NCBI RefSeq assembly: GCF_006345805.1
Contig: NC_043000.1
Coordinates: forward strand, 14,508,001 to 14,572,000
Direction of reading: 5' to 3'
Source: Octopus sinensis
Taxonomy: Eukaryota
DNA: 64,000 nt
This document shows positions 10,034 to 23,995 of the stretch, one piece after another. Each line of letters starts with the position of its first letter. The stretch's first letter is position 1. Both the position numbers and the translations under genes were made by a program. The notes below the pieces were generated by a model. It did not search any database and was not told the DNA's origin. It worked only from the letters and a program-made list of their open reading frames with translations.

Positions 10034-11746
10034 TGTGCTGTTGATCCATGGTGAAGTAATTCATGAACAGAGAAGTGTTGGAACCTGGGCGAGTTACTGG
10101 CTGAGCTGTGTACATAGAGAGATGGTGTTGATGACATTAAGAAAATGATGGTGGCGACGAAGACGGAGGTTGCTGTAATGCTGTTGGACAATATCAGTAA
10201 GTCTCAATGTGGCTGCTGTGGTGTTGTCGTTGGAACTGGCTGTGTCTACGTGGTTAGTGGCTTAACCTTAAAAGGTCAGGAACCAAAGATGTGTATTGAG
10301 GAAAAAGCTGGACTTTTATAGAAAGTAGTAGGCTCAAAATAGGGTTCGAAATGGTTGTTCATGTGATGCTATCTAAAGTCTCTGACTGGCTATCCATGGT
10401 TAGTTGGCACAACAGAGTAGGAGACAAACTGCTCCAACACCAACCAACCAGAGCAGTGGACACAATGGGATACAAACAGCAGCCAAAGGCCAGTTGGTCC
10501 CTGCTGCATTCAAATGCACATATATATAGATTCTATGTTACAAAAGGTTCAGTTTGAAATTCCAAGAATGATATCTAACATAGCAGAGTTTTGAAGAAGG
10601 TCCCTTGGGGTACAACAACCAAAGTGTTGAGACTGTGATGCCCAAGATGAGGAAAATAGTTTTAATTTAACAAAGCATGTTAAAACTCCTTTAGTAAATG
10701 TACATGATAGTATGTTAGTTAGCATAGGACACACATCTCTCTGAATTAATTATAGGTGTTAATTATGTAATTATATAAATGATGGTGTTTTTATTCTACT
10801 GAAACAGCTGTTAAACACAATTAAATTATGAATTATATGAGAGATCTGTGCTTTTCTGTTTTTGTTTTATTCTAAATACTCTACTCTTGTAGATCATCAT
10901 CATCATCATCGTTTAACGTCCGCTTTCTATGCTAGCATGGGTTGGACGATTTGACTGAGGACTGGCCAAACAGATGGCTGCACCAGACTCCAATCTGATC
11001 TGGCAGAGTTTCTACAGCTGGATGCCCTTTCCTAATGCCAAAATTGAACTCTTAAATGTGGTGAATATGTTTTATGAAAATATTGATACTTATTGGGCTA
11101 TGAACAACTAACTGAGCCTGTTTTTGTACCTGACAAAACAGAATGACACATGCATCCTATGATCTAATAACATTATCTGCAGCCCAGAACAAAATGTTTA
11201 TTTAAATAAGTCTAGCTGGAGAATTTTCTCCCAAGACATTTCCTGCAGTATTAGGCCTTATCACAGCCGATAGCTATTTATACTTAGAAGTATTTGAACA
11301 ACTGAGTTAGTTTTTGTTACTAATGAAGCAGGACAACACAGAAATGCATGAAAATTCCCAAAGCCCAAAACAAAATGTGTATTTACACAAGTCTAGGTGG
11401 AAATTTTCTCCCAAGATTATTCTTGCAGTATTTGGTCTTATCAGAACTGATTACAATCAAACACTGGTGTTAAACATGAATCTACATGTATATATTTTAT
11501 GATATTTATACATCTTTTTGCAATATAGATATCAAATTCTTGCAATAGTAGGAAGAGAAGAATGAGCTACAATAATTGTTGGTTTCTATCTTTGATGTAT
11601 GTGTGTACTGGTGGAATTAGCTGCAACAAACTCAAAACATTATTGGTATATTTTTTTATTGATTCTAGACGAATAAAAGACAGTCAACCCTCATAGGATT
11701 TGAACCCAGGATTTGAACTCATAGGATTATCACCATCATCATTTAA

Positions 11747-11965
11747 CCCTTTCGTCACTGTATTTATTTTGAGATGCTCTGTGTTTCTTTCAATTACTTT
11801 AAATATATAAAGAATTTAGTAAAATAACTTAGTTATCATTCAGCTACTGTTAGAAACATAAATTGTGACTAAGGTTTGGTGAAAGGTTTTAATTTAAAAC
11901 TTATAAAAACAAGAAATTTGTACTCAGAACCAGAGCTGGTTTCAGCCGGGTTGGTAATGAAAGGG
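11747..11965. mobile_element. piggyBac-type MITE
   Basis: TTAA|CCCTTTC...GAAAGGG|TTAA; same family at 37375, 52045, 52330 and a partial copy near 59575. Confidence 0.8.
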
Positions 11966-12354
11966 TTAACATCTGGTTTTTCATGCTGGCATAAGGTGGA
12001 TGGTTCAACAGGAACCAACAAGCCAGAGAGCTGTGTCAAACACCAATGTCTACTTTGGCATGGTTTCTATAGCAGAATACTCTTCCTAATGTCCACCACT
12101 TTACAGTGTACTGAAGGCTTCATTCATGGCATCAGTACTAATGAGATCACCAATTACTTGCAAGACAAAATCTCTCAACCTAGTTGAGTATAGCATTGAA
12201 GTAGGTGCAAGTCTGACATGTGTAAGTGACCATTTCAAAGGATTTAGTCTGCTCTCAACGCTTTCTGCAAACCCTGCTGTCTTTGCAAGTACATTAAATA
12301 TCACATCAGAAATGACATGTATCTGTCATTTATGACAACATAACAGCAACAGCA

Positions 12355-12725
12355 GTGGAGGCGCAATGGCCCAGTGGTTAGGGCAGTGGACTCGTGGTCG
12401 GAGGATCGTGGTTTCGATTCCCAGACCTGGCGTTGTGTGTGTTTATTGAGTGAAAACACCTAAAAGCTCCACGAGGCTCCGGCAGGGGGGGGGCGCCCAC
12501 TGTTGTACTCCTTCGCTCCAACTTTCTCTCACTCTATCTTCCTGTTTCTTATCCCCGACTTCCTATGCAACCGCTGAGCCTGGATGCTCATTCATCCATT
12601 AGTCGATGCTCTCGATGTCGGGGGTTGACCTGCTTTCTCTTCTGCGGGTCTTACGAATAGCAAAGGACCACATTTCGGACTTCTCCCACTCTAGGTTGAA
12701 GACCACTTCGCTCAACAAACAAACA
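12355..12725 (+). mobile_element. tRNA-derived SINE, tail type B
   Basis: Same head as 9650 but a different 3' body ending (AAAC)n; 13-bp TSD AACAGCAACAGCA. Confidence 0.88.
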
Positions 12726-13270
12726 AACAGCAACAGCACACATCAACAGTCAGTAGTGACAGTTAAGGTGAGATAATGATAATCCTATTCAGAACTGATT
12801 TGAGCCACCTTGGGTGATCCTTGCACTTATCAAAGGACTTCTTTTATTTGGTTCCCTTTGGATAAAAGGAAAGGCAGAGAGTTACCATATTTGATGGTAT
12901 AAAAGACAAATGGGAATATTAGATGAACTCTAATTTCTGCAGCACATATTCAGGGAAAAACTTTTTAGTGTATTAAAGTATGGACAGCCTGACTTTGCAT
13001 ATAGGACCCATGGTGATTTTTTTTTTTAGCCATTTCTTTTCTGGAAAAGAATTGCATCTTATATGCCTTCAAATATAGAAATGGTTATAAGTCCAAGAGA
13101 GGTTACAAATCATATTAATGTTAGCATCATTCTGAAGTTTTAAGAAGATATACAGAAACATAACCATTTTATCTTTTACTTCGCAAAACGCTTCTCTTAT
13201 GGATTTTAGTTGAAGTGCAGCGATTTTTGGGTTGCACCGAAGGTCATTGGGGAGTGAGCACATGTTGGAG

Positions 13271-13301
<31 letters not shown>

Positions 13302-13305
13302 TGTT

Positions 13306-13524
13306 CAAGGGGATGCTGAAAAGTTCCTGGCTTTAAAAGTATTGTGAAAGGTCTGGTTGAAGGCCCTATTTTCTGAATTCTTTTTCAGAGATTATAGACC
13401 CTGAAGGACCACTGAAAAATAAGTGTGTGAATCTGAGAAGGGAATATGTTGAATAAAATCATAATTAACTGATCCTCCCGTATTTTCTTTTACCTGAAGC
13501 CAAGAACTTTTTAGCATCCCCTTG
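13306..13524. mobile_element. Tc1/mariner-type MITE inserted in a (TATG)n microsatellite
   Basis: TIRs CAAGGGGATGCTGAAAAGTTCCTGGCTT / AAGCCAAGAACTTTTTAGCATCCCCTTG. Confidence 0.8.
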
Positions 13525-14249
13525 CATGTATGTATGTATGTATGTATGTATGTATGTATGTATGTATGTATGTATGTATGTATGTATGTATGTATGGATG
13601 GATGGATGGATGGATGGATGCATGCATGCATGCATGCATGTATGTATGTATGTATGTATGTATGTATGTATCTATGTATGTATGTATGCAACCCAGTGCA
13701 GCCTATCGCATGGAGAGGCTGTCAGTGATTAAACCAGCAACCCAACAAAACCTGCTTGTTAAGGAGGATAGTTTCAATGGACACCCTGCCGGATGAAAAA
13801 ACAAAACCTATCAAAAGACAGATGAGCTCAGTAGACTCAACAGCCATCCATCAGCTGGGTGTGAGAGACCCTACTCTTAACTTTTGTTTAGACATCTCTT
13901 TAGGGGAATGTAAAAACTCTGAGGTAACACTTGTGACTCCATTTGCATCCAATGATGTAGATTAGTTCTTCTTTTTGGGTAAATGCATGTTGTTCAGAGA
14001 GTGGGGTTGGCATTGTGCAAGGCCTTTTCTCACTGTCTTTCAGTTTCCCTCTACCTAATCTGCTCACAAGGCTTTGGTCAGTCCGACACTATAGCAGAAG
14101 ACACTTACCCAAGGTGCCATGCAGTGGGACTGAACCCAGAACCATGGGGCTGGTAAGCAAGGTACACTTGATTTTAAGCATCTCTGTTATGTGTCACATA
14201 CTGTGGTTTTCCCAGTTTTCTAACAAGGAAACAGATCTCTCACATCTAC

Positions 14250-14990
14250 TATCACCCAATCTCACTCACCTCCTATGTCATCAAAGTGTTTGAAAGGGTG
14301 GTGAGATCAAAGATAGTTGGCTTCCTGGAGAGTCACAATCTTCTAAATTCAAACCAGCATGGCTTATGCTGCAGCAGAGACTGTCTAACACAGCTCTTAC
14401 ATCATGTTGACGATGTCCTTAAAGCCTTGGGATTAGGTTCGAAATCTGATGTCATTTATCTTGATTTCAGTAAAGTGTTTGACAAAGTTGACCACAATAT
14501 CCTACTGTCAAAACTGTCAAATATTGGAATCTGTGGAAAACTACTACAGTGGATTGAATATTTCCTGGAGAACAGAGCACAACATGTTGATATCGGTGGA
14601 ATCCACTCAAGCCCAGCAAAGCCACCAGCAGTGTTCCTCAGGAGACTGTCTTGGGCCCGCTCCTGTTTATAGTCTGGAGAAGACTGAACTGAACTCCAGT
14701 CAAATCTACATGTCAATAGGCAGACAAAAACAAAATTCAACTAAATGAGGGAAAATTTGAAATGATGCATTTTGGAAAAAAATCTATGCTAAAACAACCA
14801 TATTCTCTTCCTTCAGGGGTACCACTCACAGCATCTAATAATATCTGAGATCTAGGAGTAATTGTTGACCACAATCTCAGCTGGAGTGCCCACATCAACA
14901 ATAAAATCAATATAGCTCATAAGACAAGTTTCTGGATCCTAAGAACTTTCCAGTCCAGAGAACAAGGTGTCATCATTCCTCTTTTCTTAA
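14250..14990 (+). mobile_element. CR1/L2-clade LINE reverse transcriptase remnant
   Basis: FERVV...NQHG...DVIYLDFSKVFDKVDH...LLQWIEYFL; frameshifted. Confidence 0.88.
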
Positions 14991-15373
14991 GTTTGACATG
15001 GCCGGAGCCAATCTTTGGTTGAAACATATCTAAATTATATCTAAGTTATTGTTAGCTGTTGCTGGGAATGACAAAACACTCAATGCCAAATTTCATGATA
15101 GAAATGACATCACTTGAAACTGAGTTGCAGCTTTTGTGTATTGGCATGGAATGTGATGTCAGTTTGTGTTTTAATACATTTGTTATATAATACAAAGCAT
15201 GACATCCAAACAAGAAGCACATGTGAGTAGCTCAACAATTGCTTTGTAACACGATAAGACTTGTTGTGTAAGATAAGAAATTATTGCAAGACAAGGCTCG
15301 TCAGATCCTGTCAAACCATCCAATCCATGCCAGCATAAAAGACGGATGTTAAATGATTGTGATGATGATGATG

Positions 15374-15424
<51 letters not shown>

Positions 15425-15660
15425 TATATATATATACATATATGGGTTTGGAAATGTAAACAGAAAAAGTAGAACTGAGAACATGAGTATCTATATATTA
15501 TATGTAAATATTTGGCCAAGAGTTTCATGTTAGCCCTTATCATATTTGATAAATTCTAACCAATTAAACTTTCGGCCTCCAAGTCACTCTGTTACTTCTG
15601 CCATATATCAATAACACACACACACACACGCACACATATGTGTGTATATTCATGTGTATG

Positions 15661-15830
<170 letters not shown>

Positions 15831-17736
15831 ATGTGTTGAGCGGGGTGGATGTGGGATAGCTGAATAGCTTAAAATTTTGCTTCATAATCACAAGGACTCA
15901 GTTTCAATTTCACAGCACAGCATCTTGGGCAAGTGTCAATTATCAATAATTCCAGTTCACCCTTCGTTTGTGAGTGAAATTAGGGAGACAGAAGCTGTGT
16001 AGAAGCCCATCAGATAAATTGTACCTGTAATTTAATACTGCCTCCATACTGACATGTGTCTACAGAAGTATCAGCCAATTACTAAGGTCCATTTAATCAA
16101 TTATATGTGTCCCAAATTCAAGGCCTTGTATCTATGTCAGAAGCTAATATAAGAAACAGTAAAAGAAATGCTGGGGAACTATTATCCCGTTGCAGAATCT
16201 ATCTCCAATTTTAATAGGTGCTATGTTGAAAAATGTGAGTAAATTGTATGATAGTTGAGACAGCAATCAGGTTCAATTCCTGATAGCACAAGTCATTCCA
16301 GTTATATGAATAATATCGTTAGAAACAGCCTAAAAGACACAGCTCCATTTTGTCTCCACTAGAAAATCTCAACTTTATTCAAAACATGTCATAACATTTC
16401 AATTAAAATAAATAAATAAATAAATAAATAAGTAAATAAATAGATAAACAAATAGATAAAATAAATAAATAAGATAAATAGATAAATAAACATTTCTTTT
16501 TGTGAATGTTGGAAGAAATGTCAACTGAATGCTTAAGTAAATGAAGTTGTCACCAAATTGTTGTCTCATTAAAGGGACAGGGGAACTGTGAAGGGCAGGT
16601 TAAGAAGTCATTCACCTGATGGATAACTGGCTTGTCACCAGCTGAAATGGTTCCTTGATTAAAAAAAACAATGGTGGTATGAAAGACTCAACCATTTGTT
16701 TGACACTAACAACTGGTGTACAGCCAAGATACCTTTATACAAGAACTTTTATACTTCTTGACATAATCCATTGCCTTCTTGGAGGAAAATAAAGAAAAGA
16801 AATGGCATTGCTTTATGATTCTTGAGAACTCTTACATACTGCTAAGTCAGTCAGTCGCCTGCTGACACTCCTTGTTGATGCTACATCGAAGAGGCCAGGG
16901 AACAGAAGAAAGAAGAAGAAAGAAGACATGCACCCAACACCAGAGCTGAAGACACCTCCGAAAGCGGGGACCCCACCATGTCAAAACGGTTGAGGAGTAG
17001 GGGCCGAAACTGGACGTGGTTCCTCCTGATGATGTCTTGAGCTAACTGGATCCTATAAAGGAGCTGTTGTGGTAGCAGACCACGAAACACTGTTGAAATT
17101 CCTCCTGATTTCAGTATTTGGACTGTGGTCACGCTGGAGCACTACCTTCAAAGATTTAATTATTTCAATCATATCAACCTCAGCACTTATTTTATCATTC
17201 CCTATTTACCAAATGGTTAAGTTTGTTGTTGTTTTATCTGTCGGTGGAGATTTTGTATATTCAAAGCATTTTAAATATCCTGGTGTTTCTGTATATCCTT
17301 TGTGTCCGACCATTTTTAAGGCAGTGGGCGTGTGGTCTGGGAAGTTATGTGGCATAATGGTTACGTTATCCTCCTAATGATCATAAAATAATGGTTTTGA
17401 TTCCTGGACTGGATGACACATTGTCTTCTTGAGCAAAACACTTCAGTTCATGTTGCTCCAGTCCACTCAGCTGTAAATAAGTCCCAACAAAATCTGGAAA
17501 ATTGACCCTGCCATGGATTGTTCATAAGGGAGTGTTATAATCTCATTAACTAATATGCCATGAAAATGAGATTATGCTCCTACTGTAAGAGTCCTAGAGC
17601 TCATGACAAACCTAAGAGTGTGGTTTGAGCTGGATTAGGTTGCTGTTTCTAGGAAGATGTGTAGCCATTGAGGTTACCTCATTGAATTGATTCTTATGTA
17701 TAAGAAGGAAGGCACATGGCTTAATGGTTAGGATAT

Positions 17737-18415
17737 TCAGCTCACAATCATAAGCTCACAACACTGGACCACCAAACAGACACCATTAGCTTTTTTATGG
17801 TGAATTTTCTTTTTTGGATTATGTTTTAGTACATCGTCTCTATCCAACCACTGTACAGAATGCTTGCTATTGTTGAAAAGAATCCACTTTTCATCACACG
17901 TAACAATATGAGACAAAAATGATTTGCTTTTATGCCATGACAGCAAAGAACAGCAACTTTCAAGATGATATGTCTTTTGATGCTTGTTCAGTTCGTCTGG
18001 TAGCCATTTGTCCAGCCTCTTTACCTTGCTGATTTGTTTCAGATGGTTCAATACAGTTGGAAACAAAACATCAAACATTGCTGCTAATTCATGCATAGTT
18101 TGAGATGTATCCACTTCCTAGCTCATCATTAGCCACCTAGGTCTCAGGTCTACTGTGGGGTTGATTTTCAAGAGTAAAGTCACCAGACCAGAACTTCTCA
18201 AATCATCAATATACAGTGCACTCATTTGCCACATCTTCACCAAACATCTCATTGATGTTTTGAGCTGTCTGGAATACATTGGCTCCATGACAGAAGTAAT
18301 ATTCATAAATAACATGAATTTTTTATCTATCCATGAGTTCTCGAAAATTGATTTACTAGGGAAAACTCACAATATAAATAGCCACCATGAATTGCATTTC
18401 AAAAAGTGAGGATGT
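17737..18415 (-). mobile_element. Mariner transposase remnant
   Basis: KWLPDEL...IVTCDEKWILFNN matches the mariner WVPHEL and TGDEKW motifs. Confidence 0.88.
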
Positions 18416-18454
18416 AATTCTTCAATGTTGTAAAACAAACAATTGTCAGGATGT

Positions 18455-18838
18455 TGGAAGCACTCCGTCGGTTACGACGACGAGGGTTTCGGTTGATCCG
18501 ATCAACGGAACAGCCTGCTCGTGAAATTAACGTGTAAGTGGCTGAGCACTCCACAGACGCGTGTACCCTTAACGTAGTTCTCGGGGATATTCAGCGTGAC
18601 ACAGAGAGTGACAAGACCGGCCCTTTGAAATACAGGTACAACAGAAACAGGAAGTAAGAGTAAGAGAAAGTTGTGGTGAAAGAGTACAGCAGGGATCACC
18701 ACCATCCCCTGCCGGAGCCTCGTGGAGCTTTAGGTGTTTTTGCTCAATAAACACTCACAACGCCTGGTCTGGGAATCAAAACTGCGATCCTACGACCGCG
18801 AGTCCGCTGCCCTAACCACTGGGCCATTGTGCCTCCAC
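18455..18838 (-). mobile_element. tRNA-derived SINE, tail type A
   Basis: Near-identical to 6649-7032. Confidence 0.9.
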
Positions 18839-19588
18839 ACTTGGTACTGTGCATGTACACTTGAGACATAGCAGCTGAGTTAACTTGTTTTTGATAATGG
18901 AATACTTTCCAGAATTCTTCACATTTCAAATGACATAGTACACACATTTTATTTTTAGTGACAATAGAAAATGGTTACAAGAAATGATTTACATATGATT
19001 AGTGTGTTACATTATCACCTTGTGGGTCATTTTTAATTTGTGCAGTGCAGGTTAAGCTAAAACTATGGCTGCCACTCAGAATCAAGGGTGACAGGGTAGC
19101 ATGTAGCATCGTTTGGGGAATTGTTTTAAGTGTCTATGTAATCACAAATTCCCTCTCAACCCTTCTGCCCTTGATCTAGTGAAACATTCAGGGTGTGACT
19201 GATAGCTTAAAAGGAGAGAAAGCTGCACCAGTTCTTGACTGGTACTAACTTTAGTTGCATGACTGGAGTAACACAAAATAAAGTGTTTTGCACAAGGACA
19301 AGCTGTGCCACCTTATCTACGATTTGAAACCACAATCTTATGATTGCAAACCCACCAATCTAATTACCAGGACACATGACATAAGTGGGTGAAAGGCTGT
19401 TAATCAGTTTGATAGCTTATATTTGGATGTTGTCCAGCATGTTTGCCTTGATAGCATCTCCTCCACCACAGATGCCAGAACAGCATTCTAATGGGAAATA
19501 CATCAAGAATTTCACTAACTAAAAAGAAAGAACAGTCTTTGAGATACAGGTTTTGCTATAAATTTTTGTCTTTTTATTCAGGAAATAA

Positions 19589-19895
19589 GTTTTGTTTGTT
19601 CCTTCTCGAGCCATGCCTGGCTCATAAGGGCCGGTTTCCCGGTTTCCTTGGCGTATAGGTTCCCCACCTGGACGGGACACCAGTCCGTTGCAGGTGAGCT
19701 GCAAGATGCAGGAGGAGAGAGTAAGAGAAAGTTATGGTGAAAGAGTCAGCAGAGGTTCGCCATTACCTTATGCCGGAGCCGAGTGAAGCTTAGGTGTTTC
19801 GTTCACAAACACACACATCGCCCGGTCTGAGATTCGAACCCGTGATCCCTCAACCACGAGTTCACTGCTCTAACCACTAGGCCATGTGCCTCCAC
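19589..19895 (-). mobile_element. tRNA-derived SINE, variant head, tail type D
   Basis: GTGGAGGCACATGGCCTAGTGG...GGTTCGAATC head; CAGGAAATA direct repeat on both flanks. Confidence 0.82.
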
Positions 19896-20768
19896 TCCAG
19901 GAAATATGTCTTTACCCATGACCTTTTACAAGGATTTTGATACTGGGAGAGAGAGTGGTAGGAAGGTACCCTTACACTAGGGACCTACTCCTCTCTAAAG
20001 CAGATGGCATTAGGAAAAGCACCTAGCCATAGAAACCATGCCAAAACAGGCAATTGGAACTTGGGCAGCTCTTTTGCTCACCAGCTCCTGTCAAACTGTC
20101 CAACTCATGCCAGCATGGAAAACAGATGTTAAAGGATGATTTTGTATTTGGAACTTAATACAGACTTTTGTTCTTCCATCAACACCAACCAAACTAGTCT
20201 TCTGTTGCAGTTCTTTCTTTCAACCATATCATATTCCATTTTACACCAACCCTATAAAAACAAAAGCAAAGTTGATCTTGGCAGGGTTTGAACTCAGACC
20301 ACAGAGAATCAGAATAATTACAACAAAGCACTTTATTGCAATGCTCTAACGACTTTGCATGTTCACCAGACAAAAAATAGAAAACAAAAAGTAACAAACT
20401 TGTGCCATTTATCACTTGGTTGTTAATATTGTACTTCTTCATATCTATGATCAATAATAAATGACTGGCTGTCATATTCCTAATCCATTTATAAATAATG
20501 TTGTTTCACTGTAAGGGTGTTGAATAATTGCCTGACTTTTATGATGTCAATAACCGCCCATCTCGTAGACAATGATGTGGTCTGACACAGGAGAACAAAT
20601 CACCCGTGACTAAAGGGAAACAAAGGAATATGTGTTACATGATATGTGATATGCAATTGTAAATGAGCATGCAGGTGCATGCACGTAGGTGTATAAGTGT
20701 ACACATGCATGTGTCATTATGCATTTACATTAATTTCTGTGTGCATGTGTGTGTGTGTAGGTGTGTGG

Positions 20769-20801
<33 letters not shown>

Positions 20802-20935
20802 TGTATGTATGTATGTTTTTATGTGTATGTACAGCTTTAGTGTATTAGTCATCATGGTCAAGGCCATGCTGGACTTAAGTATATGTATGTATGTATATAT
20901 ATGTATATATATGTATATATATATATATACATATG

Positions 20936-20972
<37 letters not shown>

Positions 20973-21007
20973 GTGTGTGTGTGTATATATGTATATATAT
21001 AAACATA

Positions 21008-21640
21008 TATCATCATCATCATCATCATCATCATTGTCGTCAGTTGACGTCCACTTTCCATGCTGGCATGGGTTGGACGGTTTGACTGAGGACTGGCAAG
21101 TCAGGAGGCTGCAGCAGGCTCCAGTCTAATCTGGCAAGGCTTCTAAAGCTGGATGCCCTTCTTAATGCCTACCACTCACAGAGTGTAGTAGGTGCTTTTT
21201 ACATGCCACTGGCATGGGTGAGAGTCAGGCAGCACTAGAATTGGCTACACTCGAATGGTGCTTTTTATGTGCCACTAACATGAGTGTTGGTCAGGCAGCA
21301 CTGGAATTGACCACGCTCAAATGGTGTTTTTTACATGCCACTGGCATGGATGTCGGTCAAGTGGTTCTGGCATCAGCCATGCTCAAATGGTGTTTTTTCC
21401 ATGCCACCAGCATGGGTGCCAGTTGGGCAGCACTGGCATCAGCCATGCTTGCATGGTACCTTTTATATGCTACCCGCATGGGTGCCAGTCAGGCGGCACT
21501 GCCATTGGCCATGCTTGAATGGCGCTTTTTGTGTGCCACTGGAATGGGTGTCAGTCATGTGGCACTGGCATCAGCCACAGATATGATTTTACTTGGTTCA
21601 ACAGGTCTTCACAAGCACAGCATATTGCTTGACAATTGAA
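21008..21640 (-). mobile_element. (GAT)n-tailed SINE with an expanded internal 66-bp minisatellite
   Basis: Family tail plus about 6 diverged 66-bp units. Confidence 0.8.
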
Positions 21641-22419
21641 GGGTGCTTTTAAATGCTTTAAATGTGTCAGTTATGCAACACTGTCTTTTACTGTTTTTAG
21701 TTTTACTGCTTTTACGGTCTTTTTTGTTCTTACTATTCTTGTTACCATTTTTACTCCTCCACAAAAAATCCCAAATTTTATTTAATTTGTTTTGCGGGAA
21801 GGACTGTTTCAACGAAGTCGGGTCTTGTCCTTACTTTCGAAAACGTGGAGTAGACGAAACAGGGACAACTGAAGAAGGGGAATATTGTATTGTATGGCTT
21901 GTACTCTGTTCTTTTGTTGTCTGAAAAATGGTCCGTTTCCATGTTTTTGTTTTTATGTTTTCGTTTCTCATTGTGTTCAACGTATTTTTGATGTCCATAT
22001 ATACATGTATATATACATATAGATGTAGGTATGTACATATATGTATGTATATATGCATACATTTATAAATTATTTTATTATTATATGATTGAACGCCACA
22101 CATCCTTTTCCAAGTAAGTTTATATATATATATATATAATAATAATATTAGGGAATGATTTGCCTAATAGTGGTTTTATCTCTAATTTAATATGATATAT
22201 ATATATATATATCGCTTGACAACTGATTCTGGTGTGTTTATGTCCCCATAACTTAGCGGTTCAGCAAAAGAGACCAATAGAATAAGTATTAGGCTTACAA
22301 AGAATAAGTCCTGGGGTTGATTTGCTTGACTAAAGGCAGTGCTCCAGCATGGCCACAGTCAAATGACTGAAACAAGTAAAAGAGTAAAGAGTAAAGAGTA
22401 TTTCACTACCATGTAACTG

Positions 22420-22920
22420 CCGCCCTGGGACCACTTGTTCTCTAGAAACCTGTTGCAGAAGGTCTGACATAATTTACAAATGCACCATCCTCAACACGCT
22501 ACACAATCCTACAACCATATATATAGAGTCAACTATAAATTTTAAACAACGATATACTTCACATCTCAGTTCTTTTAAATATAAGAAACACAGTAAATCC
22601 ACAACACTTGCCAGTCACATACATTTCAAAAATAGGAATATTCCATATAACTTGTCATGGTCCATAATAGATTCAGGGCTTCCATACCAGGGTTAACGCT
22701 CAGCCTGTAAGTTATGCCTAAAAGAGGCATTCCACATATTATAACACAATTCCTCAATGCTATTAGATAAGTATAATGAGGCCCCAGGTACATGCAACCA
22801 CTGCTTTTTTCATACCTTTAAATTTTACCACAGATCTAAATGCAACCCAAATCACCACACAGTAATATACCAAATGCCTCTTAGGTAATCTCCAACCTAA
22901 TCTGACTTACCAATGTCTTA
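22420..22920 (+). mobile_element. Penelope-like element GIY-YIG endonuclease remnant
   Basis: Hand translation IIYKC...IYIEST..FKQRYTSHLSSF...LASHI...WSII...CKLCLKE with stops. Confidence 0.8.
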
Positions 22921-23964
22921 ATTTTTTTAAACTTTTCAATTTTTAATTTTAATTTTTTAATTGTTTAATAATACATTTATAAAGTATTATGTATGTATAT
23001 ATATATATGTATATATGTGTATATATATATATATATGTGTGTGTGTGTATGTATGTATGTATATATATATCTATGCATATATGTATAGGTACATAAATAT
23101 GTGGGTGTGTTTGCATATATTTGTATACATATTTTTCTTTCTGTCACTGATTCATCACCTCCACCCCACTATCACTTTAGCTAGTACAATAAACGCCTAC
23201 GTCTATTTTTAGAAACTTGACCATTATATCTTATCATTCTTCCCTTCCTTTTTGTGGTTTACAACTAACTTTTAGTACCCCACCCCTGTACCATTTTCTT
23301 TACCTATCTCTCCACCTTAATGCCTTTCAAACACATCACCTCACCTCCCACTTCTCACACATATTCCTTCCTTACATTCTTATCTCTTCCTTCTATCCGT
23401 CCACCTATTCCTTTTATCTACTGATAGCTCTCCTCTTCACCACTCTGCCAATATCTTGACCACCATCTAGCACTCCTTTTTCATTTTCTATTCCTCTTTC
23501 TTTATTTCTTTCTTTCTTTCTTTCTTCTTATGTCTCCTATTCCTTTTCATATAGATATATATATATATATATATATTTAACAAAGGAAAAATACACACAC
23601 ACACATATATTTATATATACATATATGTATGTATGTATAAACAAATATAAATATATATATGAAAGGATACCTGCACTTTAAGTCGATTTAGACATCCTGT
23701 TATATTCTCATCTATAATTAGGCAATTAGCATTACTCAGTATCTCTCCATGGAGAGACACTGATGAATGATGTCTAATTATAGATTTCTTGAAATAGTAT
23801 GTTTAAATGCATCTATCGTTTTCAATATATTTTTTTATGCTCATTCTAACACTATATATATATATGTATATATTCTTTATCATCATCATCATTTAATGCC
23901 TGCTTTCCAAGTTATATGTATGTATATATGTATATGTATGTATATATGTGTGTATATATATATA

Positions 23965-23995
<31 letters not shown>

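Noticed and set aside
21840-21880. Hammerhead-like gagtagacGAAAC motif
   Set aside because: The 5' core is deleted and there is no UH triplet; too degenerate to call.
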